From positions 21,881 to 85,880 of the forward strand of contig CALMBO010000028.1 of the NCBI GenBank assembly GCA_937860055.1: a DNA stretch of 64,000 nt. Direction: 5' to 3'. Both the position numbers and the translations under genes were made by a program. The stretch comes from an uncultured Verrucomicrobiota bacterium (GTDB taxonomy: Bacteria > Verrucomicrobiota > Kiritimatiellia > CAIQIC01 > Lenti-01). Positions 1 through 9,944 of the stretch are shown piece after piece (position 1 is the stretch's first letter; every line of letters begins with the position of its first letter). The notes under the pieces were generated by a model that searched no databases, was not told the DNA's origin, and saw only the letters and a program-made list of their open reading frames with translations.

Positions 1-353
1 AAGGCGAACAATCCTGTGGGGGTGATCGAGCACACCCCCATGAAAAGCGGGGAATGCGCCGCCGACGCGTCAAACAGCCGCCGGCACCACGCGCGTTCTT
101 CCGGCAGGCGCCGCCACCCCGCCGAATGTTGCGGAGGAATCGCCATCGCCTGCCATGTGACCCGGGAAACAAAGCGGGAATCGTGCCGTTCCAAAATCTG
201 CCTCACCCATTCGAGATGCCCCTCCTCCCCCAGGAAGATCACGGGCGACCGTGGATAGGCGCACAACACCGTGTCCAGAAAAGCCGCGTTGAACAGCGCA
301 TGCTCGAAGCCCCGGCATTGGGGCTCGCACAGGATGACGGGGCGGTCCGTCAC
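1..353 (-). CDS. Partial CDS (N-terminus), probable glycosyltransferase; runs off the left edge
   Basis: GTG at 353 overlaps the stop of the upstream GT. Manual translation MTDRPVILCEPQCRGFEHALFNAAFLD... stays open to base 1. Polysaccharide cluster context. Confidence 0.6.
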   Translation of the reverse strand, partial: MTDRPVILCEPQCRGFEHALFNAAFLDTVLCAYPRSPVIFLGEEGHLEWVRQILERHDSRFVSRVTWQAMAIPPQHSAGWRRLPEERAWCRRLFDASAAHSPLFMGVCSITPTGLFA

Positions 354-1462
354 GGCGATCGGCCCGTTCCTTCGCGCAGGCGTTCCAAGGCCTCCAGGTA
401 TGTCTCGGCCGCCTTGTCCCATTGGAAGCGGGCCGCCTGCCTCAATCCCCGCTCCTTCCGGTCGCGGCGGAGGCCATCGTCCTGTTCCAAGGCGACCAAT
501 GCGCGGGCGAAATCGCCGGAGTCGTCAGGGTCGACATAGACCGCGGCGTCGCCGCAGACTTCGGGAAGCGAGGTTCCGCGCGTGGTGATGACGGGACAGC
601 CCAGGGCCATGGCTTCCAGCGGAGGAAGACCGAACCCCTCGAATTTCGATGGATAGACCAGGGCCCGGGCCCCGGCCAGCAGGGTCGCCAGCATTTCGTC
701 GCTGACATATCCCCTCTCTTCCACGAGCCCTTCCGCCACCGCTTCCTCCACCTGTTTCCGGAAAGCGGCGGAGAAATACTCCCGGCTCCCCGTCAGGACA
801 AGCCGGCCGGAGAGTTTTCCGGCCCGGCGCAGGCCGGTGAAGACATCCAGCAGCCGGTCCACCCCCTTGCGGGGATGATAGCCTCCCACATAGAGGAAAT
901 AGGAATGATCCGAGGCGCCCGCTTCCGGCCCAACCCCTTGGGCCATCTGCAAGGTGGGCCCGGGATGCACAACCAGCGGTTCGGCGGCCAGCGAGAAGTT
1001 CTGCAAAATTCTTTTCTTGGAATACTCCGAGTCCGTTATCAGCAAATCCGTCCGGTCCAGGTCCCGCTGCTTCTGCCTCCGGTACGCCCTTTCCTCCCCT
1101 TCCCCCTGGAAGTATCCCGGGATCTCGAGCGGAAGGACATCATGCAGCGTGACGACCACGCGGATGCGCCCCAGCCCCCGGGGAACGCCGCCGTTCCACG
1201 GAAAATGGATCGCGTCCGGCCTCGCACGGGCCGCATAAAGCGGAAGGGCCCATTGCCGTCCAAAACGGGCGGGAAAACCGCGGGTTGCCCAAGGAACCGA
1301 ACGGAATCCCGCCGGCAGGCGGACCTGCAACGGCTGATGGTGGAGCATCTGGATGTCCAGCGACGGATCGCGCTTCCGGCACGCCTCGTACAGCCCCAGC
1401 GTCACCTTGGCGATCCCGGTCGGCGGGATCTGGAAAACCGAGGCGTCCAAGGCGATCTTCAT
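350..1462 (-). CDS. Glycosyltransferase family 4 (GT-B)
   Basis: MKIALDAS...TGIAK start; VTLHD motif; YPSKFEGFGLPPLEAMALGCPVI (EX7E signature). Start trimmed to the ATG overlapping the upstream stop. Confidence 0.92.
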   Translation of the reverse strand: MKIALDASVFQIPPTGIAKVTLGLYEACRKRDPSLDIQMLHHQPLQVRLPAGFRSVPWATRGFPARFGRQWALPLYAARARPDAIHFPWNGGVPRGLGRIRVVVTLHDVLPLEIPGYFQGEGEERAYRRQKQRDLDRTDLLITDSEYSKKRILQNFSLAAEPLVVHPGPTLQMAQGVGPEAGASDHSYFLYVGGYHPRKGVDRLLDVFTGLRRAGKLSGRLVLTGSREYFSAAFRKQVEEAVAEGLVEERGYVSDEMLATLLAGARALVYPSKFEGFGLPPLEAMALGCPVITTRGTSLPEVCGDAAVYVDPDDSGDFARALVALEQDDGLRRDRKERGLRQAARFQWDKAAETYLEALERLREGTGRSP

Positions 1463-2184
1463 GCCGTCCGCCTCGTCGCCACCACGAAGTAGTTCCGCGG
1501 CAGCAGGCGCCCCCAGAAACCGGGGCCGGTCGCCATAAAGAATCTCCGGCTGCCCTCCAAAAGCCGGCTCATGATCCGCATTCGCCAGCCGCCGGACAGG
1601 ATGCGCCCCGTGGAGCCCTCGATCTTCATTCTCGTCCCGAACAGCCACGTGTGGGCCAGGAAGTAATGGGGCTGCGTCGGCAGGATCACCTCGGCCGCCA
1701 AGCCGCACCCGGACAGCAGCCGCTCCAGGTCCGCCCGGCTGAACTCGCGCACATGCCCATGCGGCTCATCCCTCATGTATGCCGGGTTCAGCCGCTTCAG
1801 CCAGCGCTCGGAGCATCGGGTGGGAACCGTGATGACCATCCGGCCGCCGGGAGACAGCTGGCGCGCCAAGGCCGCCAGAACGGCTTCGGCGTCCACCAGA
1901 TGTTCCAGCACTTCCTGGCACAGGATCACATCGTACGGGCCGGGCAGACGGTCGATCCCGCCGGCCGACAGCGGGAAGAGCTCCGTCGATGTCTGGACGC
2001 CGGTTTTTGCATTCTCCGCCTTTTGCCACTCCAGCACGGAGGTGTCGCAATCGACATAGGTGATCTCCCGTGCGCCGGTAGTGGCGGCGGCGGTCCGGCC
2101 GAACGACGAATATCCCGGCCCTACGTCGAGGATCCGCGCCGCGGAAAATCCCTTCAAATGCCAGGTGAGCAATCCGTCGATCAT
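1459..2184 (-). CDS. Class I SAM-dependent methyltransferase
   Basis: ILDVGPG, YDVILCQEVLEHL, LSPGGRMVITVP motifs. Confidence 0.88.
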   Translation of the reverse strand: MIDGLLTWHLKGFSAARILDVGPGYSSFGRTAAATTGAREITYVDCDTSVLEWQKAENAKTGVQTSTELFPLSAGGIDRLPGPYDVILCQEVLEHLVDAEAVLAALARQLSPGGRMVITVPTRCSERWLKRLNPAYMRDEPHGHVREFSRADLERLLSGCGLAAEVILPTQPHYFLAHTWLFGTRMKIEGSTGRILSGGWRMRIMSRLLEGSRRFFMATGPGFWGRLLPRNYFVVATRRTA

Positions 2185-2187
2185 GGC

Positions 2188-2991
2188 TCACGGATTCCGG
2201 GTGAGATACGCGGCCGCCAGGCCCCCGGCTCCGCCGTTGCATTGATCGTAGTATCCGACATGTTCCAGTTCCACGGCCGGCGCCCCGGTCCACCCCTGCC
2301 CGAACGTATGGCGGAAAAAATGCTCATGGATCCGGCAATCCGCCCGGACATTGTCCAGAAGACGCGCCCAATCCTGCTGGCCGAAGTTGATGAACCAGCC
2401 ATGGTCCTCATGCTTGCCGAACGGAACCGTGACCAGGATGCTCCCTCCGCGCCGGACCACGCGGAACATCTCCCGCAGCGCCTTGGCCATCATTTCCTGC
2501 CCGACCTTGAATTCCTTGGTATAGGCGGAATTGTCCATCCCGATGTGCTCCAGCGCGGAGATGCACCACACGAGGTCGAAGCTCTCGTCGGCCAAGGGAC
2601 AGGCCGTCATGTCGCCCATGACGGAATTCCGGTAGTACGGCCGCGTGTCGTATGTCGGGGCGGCGATGTCCATCCCGGTGATGTTCCGGGGTTGTTCCAG
2701 GGAACGGACCATCTCCAGATGGCACCGCATGGCGTTGGCATGGCCGACGTCCAGGATCTCGGAGCCGGGACGGTACGAAGTCCTGGCCAAAAGCAGCTCG
2801 ACCGTCCGCTCCGGCAGCCCCTTCCCATAGTTTTCCCGCAAATGGAGTCGTTCGGGAAAATCCGGCTGCGCCAGGAGAGCGGCGCGCGCGAGCTCCCCCG
2901 ATATGCGTTCCTGCAGGGCATCCGCCGCGGAGGGGCGGAAAAACTTTTGCGCCCCCTGGATCCCGGCCTTCAGCTTGTTCATCACGGACAT
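2188..2991 (-). CDS. Class I SAM-dependent methyltransferase
   Basis: ILDVG, FDLVWCISALEHIG, RVVRRGGSILVTVPFG; start uncertain (2991 or 2982). Confidence 0.85.
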   Translation of the reverse strand: MSVMNKLKAGIQGAQKFFRPSAADALQERISGELARAALLAQPDFPERLHLRENYGKGLPERTVELLLARTSYRPGSEILDVGHANAMRCHLEMVRSLEQPRNITGMDIAAPTYDTRPYYRNSVMGDMTACPLADESFDLVWCISALEHIGMDNSAYTKEFKVGQEMMAKALREMFRVVRRGGSILVTVPFGKHEDHGWFINFGQQDWARLLDNVRADCRIHEHFFRHTFGQGWTGAPAVELEHVGYYDQCNGGAGGLAAAYLTRNP

Positions 2992-3061
2992 TCGACATCC
3001 CAGGTTTGTTCTGCCACGGGGGACTCCCGCCCGGCCAACGACGGACACGGGGCGGGCCCCT

Positions 3062-3817
3062 TCAATCTTTCGCCTTCTCGATGACAAGGACGGAAACCGC
3101 TCCCATCCAGCACCGCCGGCTATGCCGCTCCAGCGTTTCCAGCCGCAAGAGCTTCAACACCCTCCGGAGGGCCGGGATCCATCGCCATCCCAATATGGGA
3201 TTAAACGCATAGGTCACCGTCCTGTCCAGCCCGATATGTTCGCACATCCGCCGGAGGCGCCGGGGACTCATGTCATCCTCGAAGCCGTAGGGCCACGTCC
3301 CCCGCCATTTCTGCCAGGCCTGGACCCATTGGAACGGCCAGCACCATGCATTGGGAACCAGGATGACGACGACACCGCCGGGCTTGGCCATGCGCCACAT
3401 CTCCCGGATCAGCTTCCTCTTCCCGTCGTCGTCGAAGTGCTCGATCACGCCGCCGTTCCAGACGACATCGAACGCGCCGGACGGCACATGGTTGTCGAGG
3501 GCGTCCTCGTTGTAGCAACGGGGTTCGGCCAGGCCCGCCTGCGCAAAGGCCGCGCGGGCCACGTTCAGCGCTTCGCCCGAGATGTCCAGCAGGGCGCATT
3601 CGGCGCCGGTTTCGGCCAGCAGCACCGAGGTGAAGCCGCTCCCGCAGCCCACTTCGATGATCCGCTTGCCGCGGGGATCGCCCGAATGGGCCAGGATGAC
3701 CTCGAAATTGGCCCGGTTCTCGGGCCCGGCCCAGTAGTCGTCCCGCGTGTATCTCCGGGCAACGGCATCCCAGACGGAAACGACATCCTTGGCTTGGTGC
3801 GCATTGACTTCGCTCAT
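3062..3817 (-). CDS. Class I SAM-dependent methyltransferase
   Basis: IIEVGCGSG, FDVVWNGGVIEHF, KPGGVVVILVPN. Confidence 0.88.
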   Translation of the reverse strand: MSEVNAHQAKDVVSVWDAVARRYTRDDYWAGPENRANFEVILAHSGDPRGKRIIEVGCGSGFTSVLLAETGAECALLDISGEALNVARAAFAQAGLAEPRCYNEDALDNHVPSGAFDVVWNGGVIEHFDDDGKRKLIREMWRMAKPGGVVVILVPNAWCWPFQWVQAWQKWRGTWPYGFEDDMSPRRLRRMCEHIGLDRTVTYAFNPILGWRWIPALRRVLKLLRLETLERHSRRCWMGAVSVLVIEKAKD

Positions 3818-3830
3818 TCCGCGGATTTCC

Positions 3831-5222
3831 TCATTTTGCGGCGGACATTCTCCGCCAGATAATGGCCCCCACCACCATGAATCCGATCGCATCGTTGACG
3901 ATCAGGGCAAACGCGGACGCGGCGGGGCCGTGCCGGGGCAGGAGCCACACGTTCAGGGCGACCACGATCGCCAACTGCGCGAGATTGATCAGCCAATAGA
4001 TGCGGGCCAGGCCGAAGCTGTAGCCCACCACGCCGATCGGACAGATCAACAGCGAAAAACAATACCGCAGGCAGAGAAGCTGACCGATGAACACGCTGGC
4101 CTCGTACTGGGCCCCGAACAGCAGCGGGGCGAACAAGGGGACGAACAGCGCATAAAGCACGCCTCCGCAGGCCACCAGGAAGCTCAGCCGGAACGTCTTT
4201 TTCAGCAGGGCCCGCGCCGCCGGGAGGTTGTCGAGCGCCGACGCCCGGGGCCACAGCGCCATGTTCAGCGCGTTGAGCACGATGGACAGAGGCAGGGCGA
4301 AGCGGGTCGCCGCATTGTAGATCCCCACCTGGCTCTCATCCAGATAGGCGCCCATCAGCCAGATGTCCGCGCGGACGATGAGGATCACCAGGATCGAGGA
4401 CAGCAGCATGAAGAACGCGAACCGCCCCGGCTCGGTCGCATCCAGCGCATTGGACATGGCGCCATCCAGGCGGGGGCTCCTCCACAAGGCCTTTGCATCG
4501 CCCGGAAACATCCGCTTCAGCTCCGCGGCGGACCATAGCGCAGCCCGGGGAACCAGCAGCAGGGATGCCGCGGCGCAGATCCCGGAGGCGATCAGTCCCA
4601 CCACGACCACCGAAGCCACGGACCAGTGCTTCCAGAATGCCAGTCCGAGGATTCCTGCGAAGAAAATCAGCGCCTGGGCGGTCAGGAGGGAGGCATTGAT
4701 CCCGAACCGCTTGAGCGATTGGAAATAGATGGACGGAACGGAGGACAGGGCGATGAAGACGCCGCTCAGCAGCCCCAGGCGCAGGAAGGCCGTCAGGTCT
4801 TCGGCATGCCAGACCCGCCGGGCAAGCCACGGCGACAGGAAATAGAAAAGCACCGTGAAAACAAGCACCAGGATCACCCGCCGGCGGAACGCCCAGCGCG
4901 AAACCGCCATCTGGCCCTCGGAATCCCCCTGCGCGTCGGCCCGCGAAATATAGCGGATGGCCGTTTGGCCGATCCCCATGTCCGACAGTTGGGCGGAAGT
5001 TTCCGCGAGGCTTTGCACCAAGGCGACCTGCCCCAGGCCGGCGGGACCCAGCCCGCGCGCCATCAGCACGGAGGTAACGAAGCCCGTCGCCACCCGTATG
5101 CCTTGCGGGATCATCGAGACCACCACGTCCCGGATCCCCTTTTTCGACCCCGCCACGGTCGTTGCCAGCCACTTGAACGCGTTCATGGATGAGGCGGTTT
5201 GCGGGACATCACCGCGCGGCAT
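3831..5222 (-). CDS. Wzx-type oligosaccharide flippase
   Basis: Many hydrophobic segments; ARGLGPAGLG, DMGIG, RADIWLMG...VGIYNAA motifs; start uncertain (5222 or 5186). Confidence 0.85.
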   Translation of the reverse strand: MPRGDVPQTASSMNAFKWLATTVAGSKKGIRDVVVSMIPQGIRVATGFVTSVLMARGLGPAGLGQVALVQSLAETSAQLSDMGIGQTAIRYISRADAQGDSEGQMAVSRWAFRRRVILVLVFTVLFYFLSPWLARRVWHAEDLTAFLRLGLLSGVFIALSSVPSIYFQSLKRFGINASLLTAQALIFFAGILGLAFWKHWSVASVVVVGLIASGICAAASLLLVPRAALWSAAELKRMFPGDAKALWRSPRLDGAMSNALDATEPGRFAFFMLLSSILVILIVRADIWLMGAYLDESQVGIYNAATRFALPLSIVLNALNMALWPRASALDNLPAARALLKKTFRLSFLVACGGVLYALFVPLFAPLLFGAQYEASVFIGQLLCLRYCFSLLICPIGVVGYSFGLARIYWLINLAQLAIVVALNVWLLPRHGPAASAFALIVNDAIGFMVVGAIIWRRMSAAK

Positions 5223-6348
5223 TTCCGAGGATGGCCTGCCCGATCCTCGGGGCGGCATGCCCGTCGCCATAGGGATTCCGCGCGCGCGCCATCCGGGCGT
5301 ATGCGGCAGGATCGCCGGCGAGCTTCCGGATCCAGCGCAGGATCGCCTGCCCGTCCGTCCCCACCAGCCGAGCGTTCCCCGTGCGGATCCCCTCGGGACG
5401 TTCCGTCGTGTTTCGAGTCACCAGCACCGGAACGCCGAAGGTCGGCGCCTCCTCCTGGATGCCGCCGGAATCCGTCACGACCAGCCAGGCCCGCTTCAAC
5501 AAGGCCACCATCACCGGATAGTCCACCGGCGGCACCAGGAAAATCCCCGGATGTCCGCCCAGCAGGCGATGGACCGGCGCCTTCACGTTCGGATTCAGGT
5601 GCACCGGATAGACGAAATCCAGCTCCGGCAACGCCTCCGCCGCCGCCTTCAGGGCCAAACATATCTGCTCCAGGCCGCCACCGAAGTTCTCGCGGCGGTG
5701 CCCCGTCACCAGCACCAGCTTCCGGCCTCTGGCCGGTGGCGGAATCCCGGCCGGCATCTCCGGCGGATTCCGGCGGATCTTCCGGGCGGCCCACAGCAAG
5801 GCGTCGGTCACCGTGTTTCCGGTCCGGACGATGGCGCCCACGGGCACGCCTTCCCGGCGCAGGTTCCGGACGGCGAGATCGGTCGGCGCAAAATGGAGAT
5901 CGGCCAGCACGCCGACCAGCCGGCGGTTGATTTCCTCCGGGAATGGCGAGTACTTGTTGTTCGTCCGCAGGCCGGCCTCCACGTGCGCGACGCGGATCTT
6001 CCGGTAGTAGGCGGCCAGGCCGGCCGCCATGGCGGTGGTGGTGTCGCCCTGGACAACGACCCAGTCCGGCCGTTCAACCTCCAGCACCCGGTCCAGGCCG
6101 GACAGGATCCGGCCGGTCAACTCGCACAATTTCTGGTCCGGCCGCATGACATCCAGGTCATGCGCCGGAGAAAGGCCGAAGAACTCCAGCATCGGTTCCA
6201 GCATTTCCCGATGCTGGGAAGTGGTGACCAGCACGCAACGAAATTCCCGGTGGTGGTTCAGTTCCAGCACCACGGGAGCCAGCTTGATGGCCTCCGGCCG
6301 GGTGCCCATCACGACCAATACTTTTTGAGCCTGTTTCCTGGTTTTCAT
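5209..6348 (-). CDS. wecB: UDP-N-acetylglucosamine 2-epimerase (non-hydrolysing)
   Basis: GTRPEAIKLAPV, QGDTTT, HVEAGLRT, TDSGGIQEEAP, TERPEG, NPYGDG. Confidence 0.96.
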   Translation of the reverse strand: MKTRKQAQKVLVVMGTRPEAIKLAPVVLELNHHREFRCVLVTTSQHREMLEPMLEFFGLSPAHDLDVMRPDQKLCELTGRILSGLDRVLEVERPDWVVVQGDTTTAMAAGLAAYYRKIRVAHVEAGLRTNNKYSPFPEEINRRLVGVLADLHFAPTDLAVRNLRREGVPVGAIVRTGNTVTDALLWAARKIRRNPPEMPAGIPPPARGRKLVLVTGHRRENFGGGLEQICLALKAAAEALPELDFVYPVHLNPNVKAPVHRLLGGHPGIFLVPPVDYPVMVALLKRAWLVVTDSGGIQEEAPTFGVPVLVTRNTTERPEGIRTGNARLVGTDGQAILRWIRKLAGDPAAYARMARARNPYGDGHAAPRIGQAILGNAAR

Positions 6349-7784
6349 CTTCCTGCCCGACTGGCTTCAATGTATCCGGCCCATCCCTTGGGAGCAAGCG
6401 CGGCCGGAAACGGAGGCTGGAAATCCGGAAAGGCGGGCGGCGCCCCGCCTACCCGCCAGCGCATGTCGTCGCCGGCATGCTGAAGCAGCGGGATCCGGGC
6501 GGGGTCGAACCCCAGCAGGCGCGCGCCCAGGAAATCGCCGACCACCGGATTGCGCACCGCGAAGACCGCGCCCGTGGCGAGCGGATCGGGAGCCAGCGGT
6601 CCTTCGCCCTGCCCGGCCACGACCGCATCCACGATGGAAATCTCCTCCCGCTGCGGCGCCTCCTGCATCCGTCCGCCCGTGTCCGCATAGAGCAGCGCGC
6701 GGTTCAGGTCGAGGCAGGTGCGCCAGATGGTGTCGTTGCCGTGCCAGCTCCCGTCGATCTGGACGGAGGGATCCTCCTTCGCCGCCACCGCCATCAGCCA
6801 CCACACCACGCGCTCGCAGAAACGGTAGAGGCGCGGAAACCCCCGGATCCGGTTGGCCCCGTCCAGCAGCGCCTCCCCCAGCGCCATCTGCCAGTGCGCA
6901 TGTTCGTAGTTGTCGCCCGCCCCGCCGTCGGCCCCGCCCTTGCGGTGGTGCGGCAGATATTCCTTGTTGCCGTTGATGCCGATCAGGTTCTTCAGGCAGC
7001 AGGTGATCCCCGCCTTCTTGTGAGCCTTGAGCTTGGGCACGTTCACCACCAGATCGGCCTCCAGAATCTCCCGCGCGACCAGATACCGGTGGCGGCCCGG
7101 GCGATGGTGCGCCCGCATCTTCCGGGGATCGTAGACCGTCACCCGGAACTTTTTCCAATCCCGTGAAATGGGTTCCAGCAGGCTGTCCGCCCCCAGATCC
7201 ACCTGTGCATATTCCGATTCCGGACGCAGCTCCTCGTCCACCCGCTTCAGCCCGCCCTCTTCCTTCATCACGGTGCGCCGGAAGTCCTTCACGGCCAGCG
7301 GCAGCCCCCGGGCCAGGAAACCGTCGACCACCGCGCGCAGCCCGCCGGAATCCAGCAGGCGTTCGAAATCGCATCCCTGGATGGGCGCATCGCCCAGCAC
7401 CACCTGCGCGGGTTTCGCCAGAAAGACGTATTCCAGCACGGCGCGCAGCACCGACGGGTGCGTGATCATGCAATCCATTCCGCCGCCGCCCATATTGGCA
7501 TGGAAGACCCAGTTGGGCTTCACCACGATCCTGCCGCCGGGCTTCACCAGGTCGCCCAGCGGATTCCATGCCGGCGTGCCGAAGCGCGAAGCATCGCGCC
7601 CCAGGTCCCGCAACGCTTCGCGAACCAGCCGGAAAACCGGGTTCGGCTCCGCGCCGACGGCCAGGGACGGGAATTCGGGAAGCGCCTCGTCCGGCGCATA
7701 GGGCGCGGCGGAACCCGGCGGATACTCCGCCGGGCCCCTCATGCGAGCCAACGCCCACGCCACAGATTGAACGATGCCGGACAA
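6345..7784 (-). CDS. DUF362 domain protein
   Basis: IVVKPNWV, THPSVL, NVPKLKAH...LKNLIG, IVDAVVAGQGEGP; TTG start uncertain. Confidence 0.8.
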   Translation of the reverse strand: MSGIVQSVAWALARMRGPAEYPPGSAAPYAPDEALPEFPSLAVGAEPNPVFRLVREALRDLGRDASRFGTPAWNPLGDLVKPGGRIVVKPNWVFHANMGGGGMDCMITHPSVLRAVLEYVFLAKPAQVVLGDAPIQGCDFERLLDSGGLRAVVDGFLARGLPLAVKDFRRTVMKEEGGLKRVDEELRPESEYAQVDLGADSLLEPISRDWKKFRVTVYDPRKMRAHHRPGRHRYLVAREILEADLVVNVPKLKAHKKAGITCCLKNLIGINGNKEYLPHHRKGGADGGAGDNYEHAHWQMALGEALLDGANRIRGFPRLYRFCERVVWWLMAVAAKEDPSVQIDGSWHGNDTIWRTCLDLNRALLYADTGGRMQEAPQREEISIVDAVVAGQGEGPLAPDPLATGAVFAVRNPVVGDFLGARLLGFDPARIPLLQHAGDDMRWRVGGAPPAFPDFQPPFPAALAPKGWAGYIEASRAGR

Positions 7785-7794
7785 AGCCCGATCC

Positions 7795-8310
7795 TCAACC
7801 CAAGGCGGCCAGCGCCGCGGCGTAGTCGGGTTCGTGGGTCAGCTCGGACACGAGCTGGCTGTGCTTCACGACGCTGTTCTCGTCGAGAACGATCACCGCG
7901 CGGGCCTGCAACCCCATCAGCGCGTGCTCCACGATCAGCGTGCCGTAGTCCATCCCGAACTCCGGCGAGCGGAACGTGGAGAGGAACTTCCCGTTCGGCG
8001 CCTTCAGCGTCGAACAAAAGCGCGCCTGCGCAAACGGCAGGTCGGCCGAAACCGTCAGCACCACCACATCGGGGCGTTTCGCGACCTCCTCGTTGAATTT
8101 CCTGGCGGAAAGCTGGCAAACGGGCGTATCCAGCGAAGGCACGATGTTCAGGATCTTCTTCTTGCCGGGAAAATCCCCGAGGGCCCAATCCTTGAACTCC
8201 TGGTCGGCCAGATGCAGGGCGGGAGCCACGCTCCCGACGGCGGGCAACCGGTGGAAGGTATGCGCCGGCTTCCCGCGGATGGTGAAGGCCTGGGGTTCGA
8301 GTTCGCTCAT
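7795..8310 (-). CDS. tpx: Thiol peroxidase (atypical 2-Cys peroxiredoxin)
   Basis: PSLDTPVC...RKFN, SADLPFAQARFC, EPDY. Confidence 0.95.
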   Translation of the reverse strand: MSELEPQAFTIRGKPAHTFHRLPAVGSVAPALHLADQEFKDWALGDFPGKKKILNIVPSLDTPVCQLSARKFNEEVAKRPDVVVLTVSADLPFAQARFCSTLKAPNGKFLSTFRSPEFGMDYGTLIVEHALMGLQARAVIVLDENSVVKHSQLVSELTHEPDYAAALAALG

Positions 8311-8326
8311 CTCCGGTTCCTTTCGG

Positions 8327-9064
8327 TCAGAGCCAAGCATACTGCAAGGAGGACAAAATGAAAAGCGCCGCCGTCTCGACGCGGAACACGATGGGCCCGA
8401 ACGTGACCGGCCGCACTCCGGCCGCCAGCAGCGCGGAAACCTCCGCGGCGCTGAAATCCCCCTCCGGCCCGATGAACATCGCGATCTGCGGGCAGTTCTC
8501 CTTGCGCAGCCGGCCGAAGAAATCCGGCAGCGGGACGGCGCCCTCCTGCAACGCGCCGAAGCAGGCGGCCCCCGGCCGCCCCGCCAGCGCGGACAACGCC
8601 TCCGGCAGTTTCCGCACCGGCTCGATCTTCGGCATCCAGGGGTTTCCGCTCTGCTTGCACGCGCCCAGCGCGATGGCCTGCCAGCGCGCCGCCTTCTTCT
8701 CCGCCTCTTCGGGCCGGATGCGCACCACGGCCTGGTCGGTCTGCAGCGGCCAGATTTCGTGCACGCCCAGTTCCACCGCCTTCTGGATCAGCCAGTCCAT
8801 CCTCTGCTCGCGCACCAGCGCCTGCGCCAGGATCCTCCGCGGCGCGAACGGCGCCACCGACGTCCGAGACAGGATGCGGAGCGACGTGCGCTTCTTGTGC
8901 GGCGCAACCACCTCCGCCTCTCCCAGACGCCCCTCCCCGTCCAGGATCCCGATGTGGTCGCCCGCCTGGGCGCGCATCACGGAAGCCAGATGCTTCGATT
9001 CCGATTCATCCAGCTCGGCCAGGTCGGCCGCCCATCGGCCGGCAGGCAAATAGCAACGGATCAT
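8327..9064 (-). CDS. rsmE: 16S rRNA m3U1498 methyltransferase
   Basis: HLASVMR, QKAVELGV, ACKQSG, IGPEGDFS, FRVETAA. Confidence 0.93.
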   Translation of the reverse strand: MIRCYLPAGRWAADLAELDESESKHLASVMRAQAGDHIGILDGEGRLGEAEVVAPHKKRTSLRILSRTSVAPFAPRRILAQALVREQRMDWLIQKAVELGVHEIWPLQTDQAVVRIRPEEAEKKAARWQAIALGACKQSGNPWMPKIEPVRKLPEALSALAGRPGAACFGALQEGAVPLPDFFGRLRKENCPQIAMFIGPEGDFSAAEVSALLAAGVRPVTFGPIVFRVETAALFILSSLQYAWL

Positions 9065-9081
9065 CGATGGACTCCTTCCGG

Positions 9082-9120
9082 AAAAAGCCGAAGGCACGTT
9101 CGCGGATGCGAACGTGCCTT
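9082..9120 (-). terminator. Probable rho-independent terminator after the beta-barrel gene
   Basis: Perfect 13-bp stem AAGGCACGTTCGC-ggat-GCGAACGTGCCTT (9091-9120); A-run 9082-9086 is a U-tract on the minus strand. Confidence 0.65.
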
Positions 9121-9153
9121 GCGGATGACCAGCCTCATCGGCGGAGGATCGGC

Positions 9154-9795
9154 CTAGAAGAGGAATTTCGCGCCGAGGCGGACATAGCCGCCTTCGAATT
9201 CCGCATCGCGGACGGAACGGCCCGCATATTCCGTGTCGCCGCTCATGACATCCATCTGGTATCCGAGGCCGCCCAGCACATAGAGGTTCTCGGTCACCAT
9301 GTACTCGTATTCGGCGCCGATGTTCCACAGGATGGCCCCGTCGATATCCACGTCCTGGGTTTCCTGGGCCGTCTCCTCGTTGTTGTAGACGGTCACGCCG
9401 GAATCCACGAACACGTATTGCAGCCCCGTCTCGAGGATCAGGTTCCAGTTGTCCCAATCAATCATGTTGAAGTAGAGCGAAGCGCCGACGGGGATCAGCG
9501 TCGCATCGCCGTCGTAGTCGCTCAGCTTGTCGTACTTGAAGGCGTCCGAATCGTTGTCCACCTGCCACTGGGACACGCCGAGGCTGATGCCCGCGCCCCA
9601 CGGGAAGCTGAACCACTCGCGGTAGGAAACCAATGCGCCATAGCCGGCCTTGAACAGATCGCAATCGGCGGAATCGGGGAAGAAGAACTGGCCCGAAACC
9701 GTCAGCTCGCCCGGCTCTTCGCTGAGCATGCCGCCCATCGCCACACCCGCGCCCAGCAGGGCCGCGAACAGGAACAAAACCGCCTTTTTCATCAT
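9154..9795 (-). CDS. Outer-membrane beta-barrel protein
   Basis: Signal peptide, alternating aromatic/Gly strands, C-terminal YVRLGAKFLF ending in Phe. Confidence 0.8.
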   Translation of the reverse strand: MMKKAVLFLFAALLGAGVAMGGMLSEEPGELTVSGQFFFPDSADCDLFKAGYGALVSYREWFSFPWGAGISLGVSQWQVDNDSDAFKYDKLSDYDGDATLIPVGASLYFNMIDWDNWNLILETGLQYVFVDSGVTVYNNEETAQETQDVDIDGAILWNIGAEYEYMVTENLYVLGGLGYQMDVMSGDTEYAGRSVRDAEFEGGYVRLGAKFLF

Positions 9796-9944
9796 TTTCT
9801 GCCTCTTCCTTTTAAGATTGAAAACGTTCGGAATCTACCCCAACCCCCCGGGCTTTGTAAAGCGCGCGCAAGCTTTCCGGCGGGGAAACCGCCGGAGGCA
9901 TGCACCCCCGCCGCCCATCCATGCCGTGGAAAACCCGCCGGCCG

